DNA of 63,752 nt from Malacoraja senta. Taxonomy: Eukaryota. The notes below the pieces were generated by a model. That model had not been told where the DNA came from, made no database searches, and worked only from the letters and a program-made list of their open reading frames with translations. Location of the stretch: positions 1 through 63,752 of the forward strand of contig JAXLNO010000706.1 of the NCBI GenBank assembly GCA_038087875.1, in the 5' to 3' direction. Of this stretch, positions 24,501 to 36,500 are shown piece by piece. Position numbers and translations under genes: made by a program. How positions within the stretch are numbered: position 1 is the stretch's first letter; the number at the start of each line of letters is the position of its first letter.

Positions 24501-27500
24501 GAACACAAATTAGATCACAGCTCTGAACCAAAATAAGGTGCTAACGCTTACCTGCCTCGCCGTTGTTGGACACCACATTATTGTAACGCTCTGTAACACA
24601 AATCAGTCTTAGAGTGATACAGCGTGGAAACAGGCCCTTCGGCCCAACTTGCCCACACCAACCAAAATGCCCCATCTACACTAGTCCCACCTTTCCTATC
24701 CATGTACCTGTCCAAATGTTTTTTAAAACATTATGACAGTAGATACCTCCTCTGGCAGCTCATTCCATATACCCAGCAACCTCTGTGGCAGGGAACAGTC
24801 TTCTGACCCCGCATGCGAGAGGCGCCATGTTTTGGTGCCATTTCCAGAGTCCACGCTCCAGTTCTGATGAGCGGTGCCTGTTCCAGGCGAGTCCCAGGCT
24901 GTTGTGGGCCTCCAGCCGTCTCCTTCCTTGGACACGCCGTCCCTCTCCTCGACCCGCCCGCCCGCCTTTGTTCCCGCAGCCGACCTCAAGGGCTCTGCAT
25001 TCTGTATCGTCCCCTTAGCTCTCCGGAGATGCTGCCTGACCCGCTGAGTTACTCCAACACTCTGTGAAACGTCACCTATCCATGTTCTCCACAGATGCTG
25101 CCTGACCCGCTGAGTTACTCCAGCACTCTGTGAAACGTCACCTATCCATGTTCTCCACAGATGCTGCCTGACCCGCTGAGTTACTCCAGCACTCTATGAA
25201 ACGTCACCTATCCAGGTTGAATTGATCGTATTTACGTTCCGGACTGCACGCAAAACCAAAGCTTTTCACCGTACCTCGGTACACATGACAATAATATACC
25301 TGAGCCTGAACCTTCAATGGGATCCTGACCGGAAACGTTACCTATCTGTATTCCCCAGGGATGACGCCTGACCCGCTGAGTTACTCCAGCACTTTGTGGG
25401 GGGTTTTGTAAACCAGCATCTGCAGTTCCTTGTGCCAACACTTTACCTGATCTGATTAATATTCCCGTGAATAAGTGAAATCTTGACACAATCATTTACA
25501 GACACACACATATGAATGGAAAGAGACATGCGTCAGGGTGGTGAATCTGTGGAATTCATTGCCACAGACGGCTGGGGGTGGGGGGCAAGTCCATGGTGGA
25601 GATTAATAGGTTCTTGATTAGGTTGGTTGGTGAGATTGTAAATTGTCCCTAGTGTGTAAGATGATGCTAGCGTACGGGGTGATCGCTGGTCGGCACGAAC
25701 TCGGTAGGCCAAAGGGCACGTTTCCACGCTGTATCTCTAAAGTCACAGTGGCGCAGCGGTAGAGTTGATGCCTTACAGTGAATGCAGTGCTGGAGACCCG
25801 GGTTCGAGCTCGACTATGGGTGATGTCTGTACGGAGTTTGTACGTTCTCCCCGTGACCTGCATGGGTTTTCTCCGAGATCTTCGGTTTCCTTCCACACTC
25901 CAAAGACGTGCAGGTTTGTAGGTTAATTGGTTTGGTAAATGTAAAAATTGTCCCTGGTGTGTGTAGGATGGTGTTAATGTGCGGGGATCACTGGTCGGCG
26001 CGGACCCGGTGGGCCGAAGGGCCTGTTTCCGCGCTGTATCTCTAAACTAAACTAAACTAAAGTATAAGTCTAAGTCTAAGTCAAGGGTTATGGCGAGAAG
26101 GCAGGAGAATGGGGAAACATAGAAACATAGAAAATAGGTGCAGGAGGAGGCCTTTAGGCCCTTCGAGCCAGCACCGCCATTCATTGTGATCATGGCTGAT
26201 TGTCCCCAATCAAGAACCCGTGCCTGCCTTCTCCCATATCCCTTGATTCCACCAGCCCCTAGAGCTCTATCTAACTATCTCTGAAATCCATCCAGTGACT
26301 TGGCCTCCACTGCCCTCTGTGGCAGGGAATTCCACAAATTCACAACTCTCTGGGTGAAAACGTTTTTCTCACCTCAGTCTTAAATGGCCTCCCCTTTATT
26401 CTAAGACTGTGGTCCCTGGTTCTGGACTCGCCCAACATTGGGAACATTTTTCCTGCATCTAGCTTGTCCAGTCCTTTTATAATTTGATATGTTTCTATAA
26501 GATCTCCCCTCATCCTTCTAAACTCCAGTGAATACAAGCCTAGTCTTCTCAATCTTTTCAATCAATGAGAGGGAAGGAATGGAATGTTGGAATGAGGAGA
26601 GGGAATGATTGAATGGTGAAGTAGACTTGATGGGCTGAATGGCTTATTTCTGCTCCTGGAACGAATGAAGTCACCGTCTGTGGGGATTTTCAGCTTCTTA
26701 AACCAAAACAAGACATTCTCTGGGTTGGCTGACCAAGCTTGGAACACAAATTAGATCACAGTTCTGAACCAAAATAAGGTGCTAACGCTTACCTGCCTCG
26801 CCGTTGTTGGACACCACATTGTTGTAACGCTCTGTAACACAAATCAGTCTTAGAGTGATACAGCGTGGAACAGGCCCTTCGGCTCAACTTGCCCACACCA
26901 ACCAACATGCCCCATCTACACTAGTCCCACCTTTCCTATCCATGTACCTGTCCAAATGTTTTTTTAAACATTATGACAGTAGCTACCTCCTCTGGCAGCT
27001 CATTCCATATACCCAGCAACCTCTGTGTATAAAAATTGCCCCACAGATTCCTATTAAGTCCTTCCGCTCTCAACTTAAACCTACGTATGTCCTCTGGTTC
27101 TTGATTCCCCCAGTTTGGGTAAAAGACTGCATTTACGTAATCTATTCCTCTCATGAGAATCATAATAAGTGATAGGAGCAGAATTAGGCCATTCGGCCCA
27201 TCGAGTCTACTCCACCATTCAATCATGGCTGATCTATCTTTCCCTCTCAACCCCATTCTCCTGCCTTTTCCCCATAACCTTTGCCACCATCACTAAGCAA
27301 GAAACTGTCGATCTCCCGATGACTTGGCCTCCATCACCGTCTGTGGCAATGAGTTCCACATCATAGAATCCTTGCATGGGAATTCACCCGTCGTGTCGGT
27401 GCTTGCCCCTCTTCCCATTAAACTTATCCTTGCCCTCAGAGCCTTGAGAATTGACCCCACAACCCAGGTTGGGGGGGTTTTCTGTGGCCCTTAATTACAG

Positions 27501-30500
27501 ACTGTTCGCAGACTTCTGAATGGTCCTTCCATAAGCTAGGGTGCTGTCCGATTCACCTCTACCCCATTGTGGACATTGAACTTTGTCTCTGGAACTGATG
27601 CACTACAATGCTGAGAACTATATTCTGCATTCTGTATCTTCCCCTTTGCTCTACCTATTGTACTGGAGTTTGAACGGATTGTATGTACATGTGGTATATC
27701 TGATCTGTTTGGATAGGATGCCAAAAAAACGCTTTTCCCAGTACCTCCATACACATGACAATAATAAATCTTAATGTAAACCTTCAGACATGTCCCGATC
27801 CGTAACGTCACCCATCCATGTTCTCCAGAGATGGACACAAAATGCTGGAGTAACTCAACGGGACAGGCAGCATCTCTGGAGAAAAGCAATGGGTGACGTT
27901 TCCGGTCAAGACCCTTCTTCAGACCAAGATTCTGTCAGACCAGCTGAGTTTTTTAATTTTAGTTTGAGATACAGCGCGGAAACGGGCCCTTTGGCCCACC
28001 GAGTCTGCGCCGACCAGCGATCACCTCTTACACTTACACACACACTAGGGACCAAAGCCAATTAACCTACAAACCTGTACACCTTTGGAATGTGGGAGGA
28101 AACCGGAGCATGTGTTAATATTGGCCAAATTAGAGGTATTATAAAATGGAGGATCTTTGCATTTGCAAGGCCTGCTTGGCCTCTTTCTGTGAAAAGTTGC
28201 AAGCTGTGAGCTGGTGCCACATAGTCTGGACCCTAGATGGAAATGCAGGATGAGGTGAGGTCCAGATGTCCCTTCCTTTGTTAAAATGTATAAGGACTTT
28301 TGCAGAAGAGCTCAGAGGTGTTGCAAATGCATGGTCAGGCTTGGCCAACTAAGGGGGAAGTTGTAAATACTGCTAATAATGTTGCAAGATGTTTGTGCTA
28401 CTGTTTGATGATTGGTTGAAGTGTGAAACCTTGTTTGAATTGTTTATACTACCTGGGAGAATGTTGCATTACTTTAATGAACAGACTTCCATCCAGAAGC
28501 TTCAGTAGAAACATTGTAATGGGGTACTTTGTAATTGGGTTAGGGAACTGTCAATAACAGTTTAATGTAATCGATATTTGTGATTGGTTTGTAGGGGCTG
28601 CCACCCCCATCTAGTTTCGTGCCACAGGGTCCGATGACCTATAAAAGAGTGGACCCCAGGAGGATTGGAGTCAGTCTTCTGGAAGGGCGCTTTGGACTGC
28701 GTAAAGGTGTCCGCTTGCACGAGGCTGAAGGGCTTGAATGAGCAGAGACAAGGATCGGACCCACGGTGGTTAGGTATTGTATAGGGAGTTTGCTATTGTT
28801 GGAAATAATAAAGAATAGTGATCTGGTGCTTGACTCAGTGTTTTACTGAACCAGACTAAAGGGGGTAAGCTTTAGGAGTATAATTACACACGCGGAGAAA
28901 ACCCACGCGGTCACGGGGAGAACGTACAAACTCAGTACAGGCAGCATCTGCAGCCAGGATCGAACCCGGGTCCCTGGCGCTGTAAGGCAGCGACTCCAAT
29001 GCTGCGCCACTGTGCCGCCCCATTTATTCCAGCACTTTTGGTCTTTTATTTTGCAAACCAGCATCTGCATTTCCTCGTGTGCAGTCCCGTACTGTCCCCA
29101 CCCTCCATTTGCTACCTGTAGCCCTCCTGTCGGTTTTGGTCTGCTTGCTGCCTTGGGCAGGGTAGAAGGTGCTCACTCAGTACCTGAATCACACTGCAGC
29201 TGTTGCCCTCGGCCAGTGACATCCGCACTCGCAGCACTCCTACAGAGAGAGGAACCAACGTTAGGAAATCGCATCACATGCCCAGGAAATCTAATGGCAA
29301 TCTGCGCATCTCAACTTCCTGCGTACACCACAGATCTCGGACCGTGATTACCACAGTGAGTATATGAAATTTTACTTTAGACTTCACTTTAGACTTCAGA
29401 GATACAGCGCGGAAACAGGCCCTTTGGCCCAACGAGTCCGTGCCGTACACTAGCACTACCCTACACAGTAGGGACAGTTTACAATTTTACCAACCAATTA
29501 ACCTAACAAACCCGTACATCTGCATGATGTACAATAATGAGAGGCATAGATAGGGTAGACAGTCAAAGCCTTTTTACCCAGTGTGGAAATGTGCAACGCT
29601 AGACGTTAGACTTTAGTTCAGTCACACCGCGTGGAAACAGGCCCCATCGGCCCAGCGAGTCAGGGCTGACCAGTACACGAGCACTTTCCTACCCACACTA
29701 CTATGGACAATTTACAATGCAGAGAAGCCTGTTATCCTACAAAGCTGTACGTCTTTGGAGTGTGGGAAGAAACCGTGGCACCCGGAGAAAACCCACGTGG
29801 TCACGAGGAGAACGTACAAACTCCGTACAGACAGCACCCGTAGTCAGGATCGAACCCGGGTCACTGTGAGGCAGCAGCTCTACCCGCTGTGCCACCTTGC
29901 CGCCCCGCTTAGCCTTGGATTCATGTCCACCCCTCTTACCTTTTTGGAAATATGGCGGACCCCATTACGGATGAAAGCACTGCAGGAATAAAGAGATGAG
30001 AAAAGATTATGTTTAATGGCTGACATCCACGTTGTATACCACTTGGTATAGTGTACCAAGTTGTACACTAAGAATTAGTGTATACCAATTCTTCTACACT
30101 ATTCTTCTAGTGTAGAAGAATAAAGATTCATCAAAGTCACAGCCCAAAGGCACACTCCAACCACTCACCCACACTCCCCCCCCCTCACCCACTCCCCCCC
30201 TCACTCCCTCATCCCCTCACCCATTCCCCCCCTCACTCCCCCCCTCACCCACTCCCCCCCTCACTCCCTCATCCCCTCACCCATTCCCCCCCTCACTCCC
30301 CCCCTCACCCATCCCCCCCTCACCCACTCCTTCCCCTCACTCACTCCCCCCTGACTCATTCTCCCCCCCTCACCCCCTGCCCCCCTCACCCATTCTCCCC
30401 CCTCACCCGCTCCCCCCTCCACCCGCTCCCCCCCTCCACCCGCTTTTCCCCCCCACCCACTCTCTCCCCTCCACCCGCTCCCCCCCCTCACCCACTCTCC

Positions 30501-33500
30501 CCCCTCACCCACTCTTCCCCCGTCACCCATTCTCTCCCCCTCACCCATTCTCTCCCCTTCACCCACTCTTCCCCCCCTCACCCACTCTTCCCCCTCCTCA
30601 CCCACTCTCCCCCTCCTCATCCACACTCCCCCACCCTCTCCCCTCACCCACTCCCCCTCACCACCCACTCCCCCCTCACCCATTCTCCCCCTCACCAACT
30701 CTCCCCCTCCCAACTCTCCTCATACTCACCCACACTCCCCCCCCCACCCAATCCCCCCCTCACCCACTCCCGCCCTCACCCACTCTTCCCCCTCACCCAC
30801 TCCCCCACCCGCTGAATCTCCCCCCACGGCCCCCAGCTTTTCCTGAGGAGGGTTGCTCTCATTCCACCCCCTCCCTTTTGTGCCCGTGTAGACGGCTGGA
30901 TTGTCATCATGTCTATAGTATTTCCGCTGACTGGTTAGCTGCAACAATAAAGCTTGTCACTGTACCTCGGTACACTTGACAATAAACTCAACTAAACTGA
31001 AGTATGAAGAGCTTACCGGGTTTTTCCTCCTTCAGACCAGCTGGACTGACCACTTTGGAGCTACGGCTATTGTTGAGCGTTTCAAGTTTAGTTCAGTTTA
31101 GAGAGACAGCGAGGAAACAAGCCCTTCGGCCCACCGGGTCCACGCTGACCAGCGATCCCCGCATATTAACAATATCTTACACCCATAAGGGACAGTTTTT
31201 ACATTTATACCAGGCCAATTAACCTACAAACCTGCACGTCTTTGGAGTGTGGGAGGAAACCGAAGATCTCGGAGAAAACCCACGCAGGTCACGGGGAGAA
31301 CGTACAAAGTCCGTACAGACAGCACCCGTAGTCGGGATCGAACCCGGGCCTCTGGAGCTGCATTCGCTGCAAGGCAACAACTCTACGTCCCTGCCCCCCT
31401 GTTCTTGAGCATTAGCGTTACCAATAATCTGCTGTGTACCAGCATAGTGAAACCACAGCCAAGAAGGCACATCATTGCCTCTACTTCCTCAGGAGACTAA
31501 GACTCCTACTTCTACACATACACCGTAGAGAGCATACATGTCGGTTTGCATCACAGCCTGGTTGTGGGAACAGCTCTGCCCAATTCCACAAGAAATTGCA
31601 AAAAGTTGAAGATGTAGCCCAGTCCACCACACACACCAGACTCCGACACCTACACTTGACCAACCAACATAATTTAGGACCTTTTTCACCTCTGTCTTTC
31701 CCTTCTTCTCCCCTCCCGTGTCCAGCAGAAGGTGCAGAAGTTTGAAAGCGCGCACCACCAGACTCAGGAACAGCTTCTTCCCCTCTGTTATCAGGCTTCT
31801 GAACAGTCCTTCCATAAGCTAGGGTGCTGTCCGATTCACCTCTACCCCATTGTGGACATTGGACTTTGTCTGTGGAACTGATGCGCTACAATGCTGAGAA
31901 CAATATTCTGCACTCTGTCTCTTATCACCCCCTCTCGTATCAGACTACTGGATGTTTATGTCACAAGCTAATGGGCCTGTCCAACTTAGGGAATTATTCA
32001 GGCGACTGCCAGCGACTAGGACAATGGATTTCACCAAAGTCAACACCAGCGACAACCTACGACAACCTACGATAGTCCAAATTGTCGCTGAAAATTTTTC
32101 AACATGTTGAAATTTTTTGGGCTGTCGCCTGTAGTCGCCTAAGTGGGACAGGCCCATAAGGATACTGACCCAATCCCCCAACCTACCTCATTATGTACCA
32201 TGCGCTTTTTCTCTGAAAATTTAACACGTTAACATATATTCTGCATTTTTCTCTTTGCACCTCTTTTACTGGTACTCTGTACTCATGTATAGTATTATAT
32301 GACTGGATAGTTTTAGTTTAGTGTAATTCAGTTTACTTTATTTTATTGTCACGTGTACCGAGGTGCAGTGAAATGTTTTTTTTGTTGCTTGCTATCCAGT
32401 CAGCGGAAAGGCTACACATGATTACAATCGAGCCGTCCACAGTGTACAGATACAGGATAAAGGGAATAACGTCTAGTGCAAGGGAAAGTCCGGTAAAGTC
32501 CGATTAAAGTTAGTTCAAAGAGCTCGAATGAGGTAGATGGGAGGTCAGGACGGCTGATAACAGCTGGGAAGAAACTGTCCCTGAACCTGGAGGTGTGTAT
32601 TTTCACACTTCTGTACCTCTTGCTTAATGTGAATCAATTGTGTTTCATTGTCATGAGTTTGGAAATGGAACAATTAAACTCTTACTTCACTAGAGGGGAG
32701 AAGAGGGGTGAGACCGGTCCTTGATAATGCCGGTGGTCTTGCCGAGGTAGCGTGAAGTGCGGACGTCCGATTAAAGACAAACGATAGCACATAATCAAAG
32801 CTGATCGCAGCATCCCGGTCGCAGCGAGAGACAATAATAATCGATAGCAGACAGAGAATTGCAACGGCTTCTTTGACGGTCAACTCACCTCCTTTCTTCC
32901 AGAGGATAATAATGAGCAGGATGCAGAGAATGAGGAGGAGAAACAGAATGGGCAGGATGTACATTGATGGGTGGATGGGTGTCCCTGTAAAACAGAGCAG
33001 TGAAGACCAGGAGATCAGTAGGCCCATATGTCCACATCCGGCCTTAACATATGATCAATGATGATCCATCAAATGACTCGGATGTGGGAACGCCATTTCT
33101 AACTTGCTTGTGAATTAAGGTAAATGGTCTAAGTTTAGTTTCGTTTAGTTTAGAGATACAGAGCGGAAACAGGCCCTTCGGCCCGCTGAGTCCACACCGA
33201 CCAGCGATCCCACACATTAACACTATCCTACGCACACACACTAGGGACAATGTTTTATATTTATACCAAAGCCAATTAACCTACAACCTGTACGTCTTTG
33301 CAGTGTGGGGAGGAAACCGAAGATCTGGGAGAAAACCCACGCAGGTCACGGGGAGAAGGTACAAACTCCGTACAGACAGCACCCATCGTCGGGATCGAAC
33401 CTGGGTCTCCGGCGCTGTAGACCTGTAACTCTACCACTGCGCCACCGTGCTGCCCTAAATGACGAGACTGGAGGGTGGCAAATGTTGTGCCTCTATTTAA

Positions 33501-36500
33501 GAAGGGTGGCAGGGAAAATACTGGGAACTACAGGCCTGTGAGTCTAAAGGACCTGTCCCACAAGCAGGCGACTGCATGCGTCTAGCGCGACCAAACGTGG
33601 TGGCTTGAGGCGTACGGCCTCGCGGGGCCGGTCCCACTTCCAACCGCGGAGGCGCCTGGAGTTGTGCGGGGCTGGTCCCGACATCATACTCACCAATCAG
33701 CTGGGCAGGAGGCGGGCCGACTGAGTTTGGACGTCGCACGGCGTCGGGCGGTTACGTCATTGCGCAACGCCATGCGCTAGGCGTACGACATTGAGATGCT
33801 GCACACGCCCGTCGAGGCGCTGCGTATGGCCTCAATGCGGCTGCGGGCCGGCAGGCCGTTGTCGCGCGGGATTTTTGGACAGTGTCAGTTTTTTGGAGCC
33901 CCGCGCGATGTCGGGACCAGCCCCGCACAACTCCATACGGCTCCGGCGATCGAAGTGGGACCGGCCCCGCGAGGCCGTACGGCTCAAGCGACCACGCTAG
34001 GTCGCGCTCGCCGCATGCAGTCGCATGCTCGTGGGACAGGCCCTTAACTATCTGTGGTCAGAAAGTTACGAGACAGTATTCTGAGGGATCAGATGCACTG
34101 TCTGGACAGTCCTTCCTTGAGCTGGGGTACTGTCCGAGTCACCTCTACACCATAGCATACATTGGACTTGACTGAGTGACCAGAGATGTAAAGGGATGCA
34201 GGATTCCCAAAACGTTAATCTGCACGTTGAATGGGTAGTAAGGAAGGCAAATGCAATGCTAGCATTTATTTAGAGAACTAGAATACAAAAACAGGGATGG
34301 AATGCTCTACAAGGCACTGGTCAGACCGCATTTGGAGTAGTGAGAGCAATTTTGGGCCCCATATCTGAGGAAGGATGTGCTGGCTCTGGAAAGGGTCCAG
34401 AGGGGGTTTACGAGAATGATTCCAGGAATGATTTATTATTAATGTTTAATGTTTTATGTATCATTCTTAACTGTCACTGTATGTCATGTTGTCTCTTGTG
34501 GGCGGAGCACCAAGGCAAATTACTTGTATGTGAATACTTGGCCAATAAACCTATTCCTTCATTCATTCATTCATTCATTCATTCATCCATAAACGTATTC
34601 ATTGGGTTAACATATGATGAGCGTTAGGACGGCACTGGGCCTGTACTCGCTGGAGTTTAGGATGAGGGGGAACTCACCGAATAGTAAAAGACCTGGATAG
34701 AATGGATGTGGAGATGATGTTTCCACTAGTGGGAGAGTCTAGGATCAGAGGCCATAGGCTCAGAATAAAATAATGTACCTTTAGGAAGGAGATGAGGCGA
34801 TATTTAGTTAGTCACAGGGTAGTGAATCTGTGGAATTCATTGCCACAGAAGACCATGGGGGCCAAGTCAATGGATGTTTTTTAAGGCTGAGATTCATAGA
34901 TTCTTGACTGGTATGGGTATCAGGGGTTATGGGGAGAAGGCAGGGGAATGGGGTTGAGAGGGAAAGACAGATCAGCCATGATTGAATATCAGCCGATGAA
35001 AGGGTGATCATAAAGGCTTTTGGCACATTGTCATCAGTCAGAGTATTGAGTATGGAAGTTGGGAGGATATGTTACTGTTGTATAAGACATAGGAGAGGCC
35101 CCATTTGGAATATTGTGTTCAGTTTTGGTCACCACGATACAGGACTATGTTGCGTACTATGTCCTTTTTTAATTGTAACACTGCATGGTAAATCACACTT
35201 CACTGCACCTTATGGTGCATGTGACAAATACATTTGAACTTGAACTTGAACGATGTTGTCAAGCTGGAAAGGATGCAGAGATGATTTACAAGGGTGTTGC
35301 CAAGGATGTGACATGAGATGCTGAGCTGTAGGGAGAGGTTGAGCAGGCTAGGTCATTATTCATTGGAGCGCAGGAGGATGAGGGATCTTATAGAGGTGCA
35401 TAAAATCATGAGAGGAATAAATTGGGTAAATGCACAGTCTTTTGTCCAGAGTTGGGGAATCCAGAACCACGTGACATAGGTTTAAGGTGAGGCGGGAAAG
35501 ATTGAATAGGAATCTGAGGGGTAACGTTTTTTACACAAAGATTAGTGGGTGTAAGGAGAGAGCTGCAGGAGGAGGCAGTTGAGGCAGGGATTCTCGCAAC
35601 ATTTAAGAGACATTTAGACAGGTTCTTGGGGAGGATAAGTTTAGAAGGATATGGGCCAAATGCGGGCAGGTGGGACTAGTGTAGATGGGGCATGTTGGTC
35701 GGCGTGGGCAAGTTGGGCCGAAGGGCTGTGATTCTCTATGAATCTATGAATAACGACTCACTGGTTCGGACTCCGTCAGTCGGTCTGACTCTGGGAGTGA
35801 CACACACGGCATTCAGCGCAAGGGTCCGGGCACGGGAGGGGAAGCTACACTGAACGGCACAAGTGTGTGTGTGTGTATGGAGGGGGGTTCGGACAAACTA
35901 TTGACCTTCGCTCTACACGGCAGAATGTGGCGATGGTTCCTTACCATCCTCCCGCAGCTGGAGTTGGACCTCACGCTGGTACTGATGGGTGTACGGGGGG
36001 TGTACGCTGCTCTTGAACTGTTGTTCGACGTACTTGCTCGCATCGTAGTTTTCCGGTTTGCTGAACTCCACCAGACACAGGTAGCCGTGACTGTCCTCCA
36101 CCCTCAGCTGCTCTATCCTGGTTGAGGCGTTTCCCTGCTCTGTGTCCCCCGACCAGCTCGAACCGAGTTGTTCCGTTCTCCGCCGCCCAGGATCCACCAG
36201 TTTGGGGTCTGAACGTGACGATGTGTCGGTAGGGATCCTTCCTCATCCATGTGACCGTGAGGGCCTTGGGGTAATACTGGGATTGTTGATACACACAGGG
36301 TAACGTGGCCAATCCCCCCTCAGTCCCAGTCACCACGGAGACATTCCCGCCGGGATCTGAGGGAAGGACAGACACCGGAATGTATCAGTTGAACCTCGCC
36401 GACCGCAATCAACCAACTTCTCGGGGAAAACAAATCGAGGCTTAAAAACACACAATTATATTAATTATATTATTTTTATATAATATAATTATACTTAATT

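Larger units (their letters stand above)
22556..27027. repeat. Tandem segmental duplication 2 (about 22556-24787 vs 24794-27027, period about 2.24 kb)
   Basis: Near-identical sequence including SINE, CR1 fragment and the 39-nt exon; paired ORFs in the track (for example 24321-24506 and 26562-26747). Confidence 0.95.

Noticed and set aside
32686..32689. 4-nt microexon TGAA (cccctctag|TGAA|gtaaga) that would supply the missing phase 1-to-2 link
   Set aside because: The pyrimidine tract and donor appear to come from a junction of Rex-type repeat fragments, so coincidence is likely; it needs junction reads.
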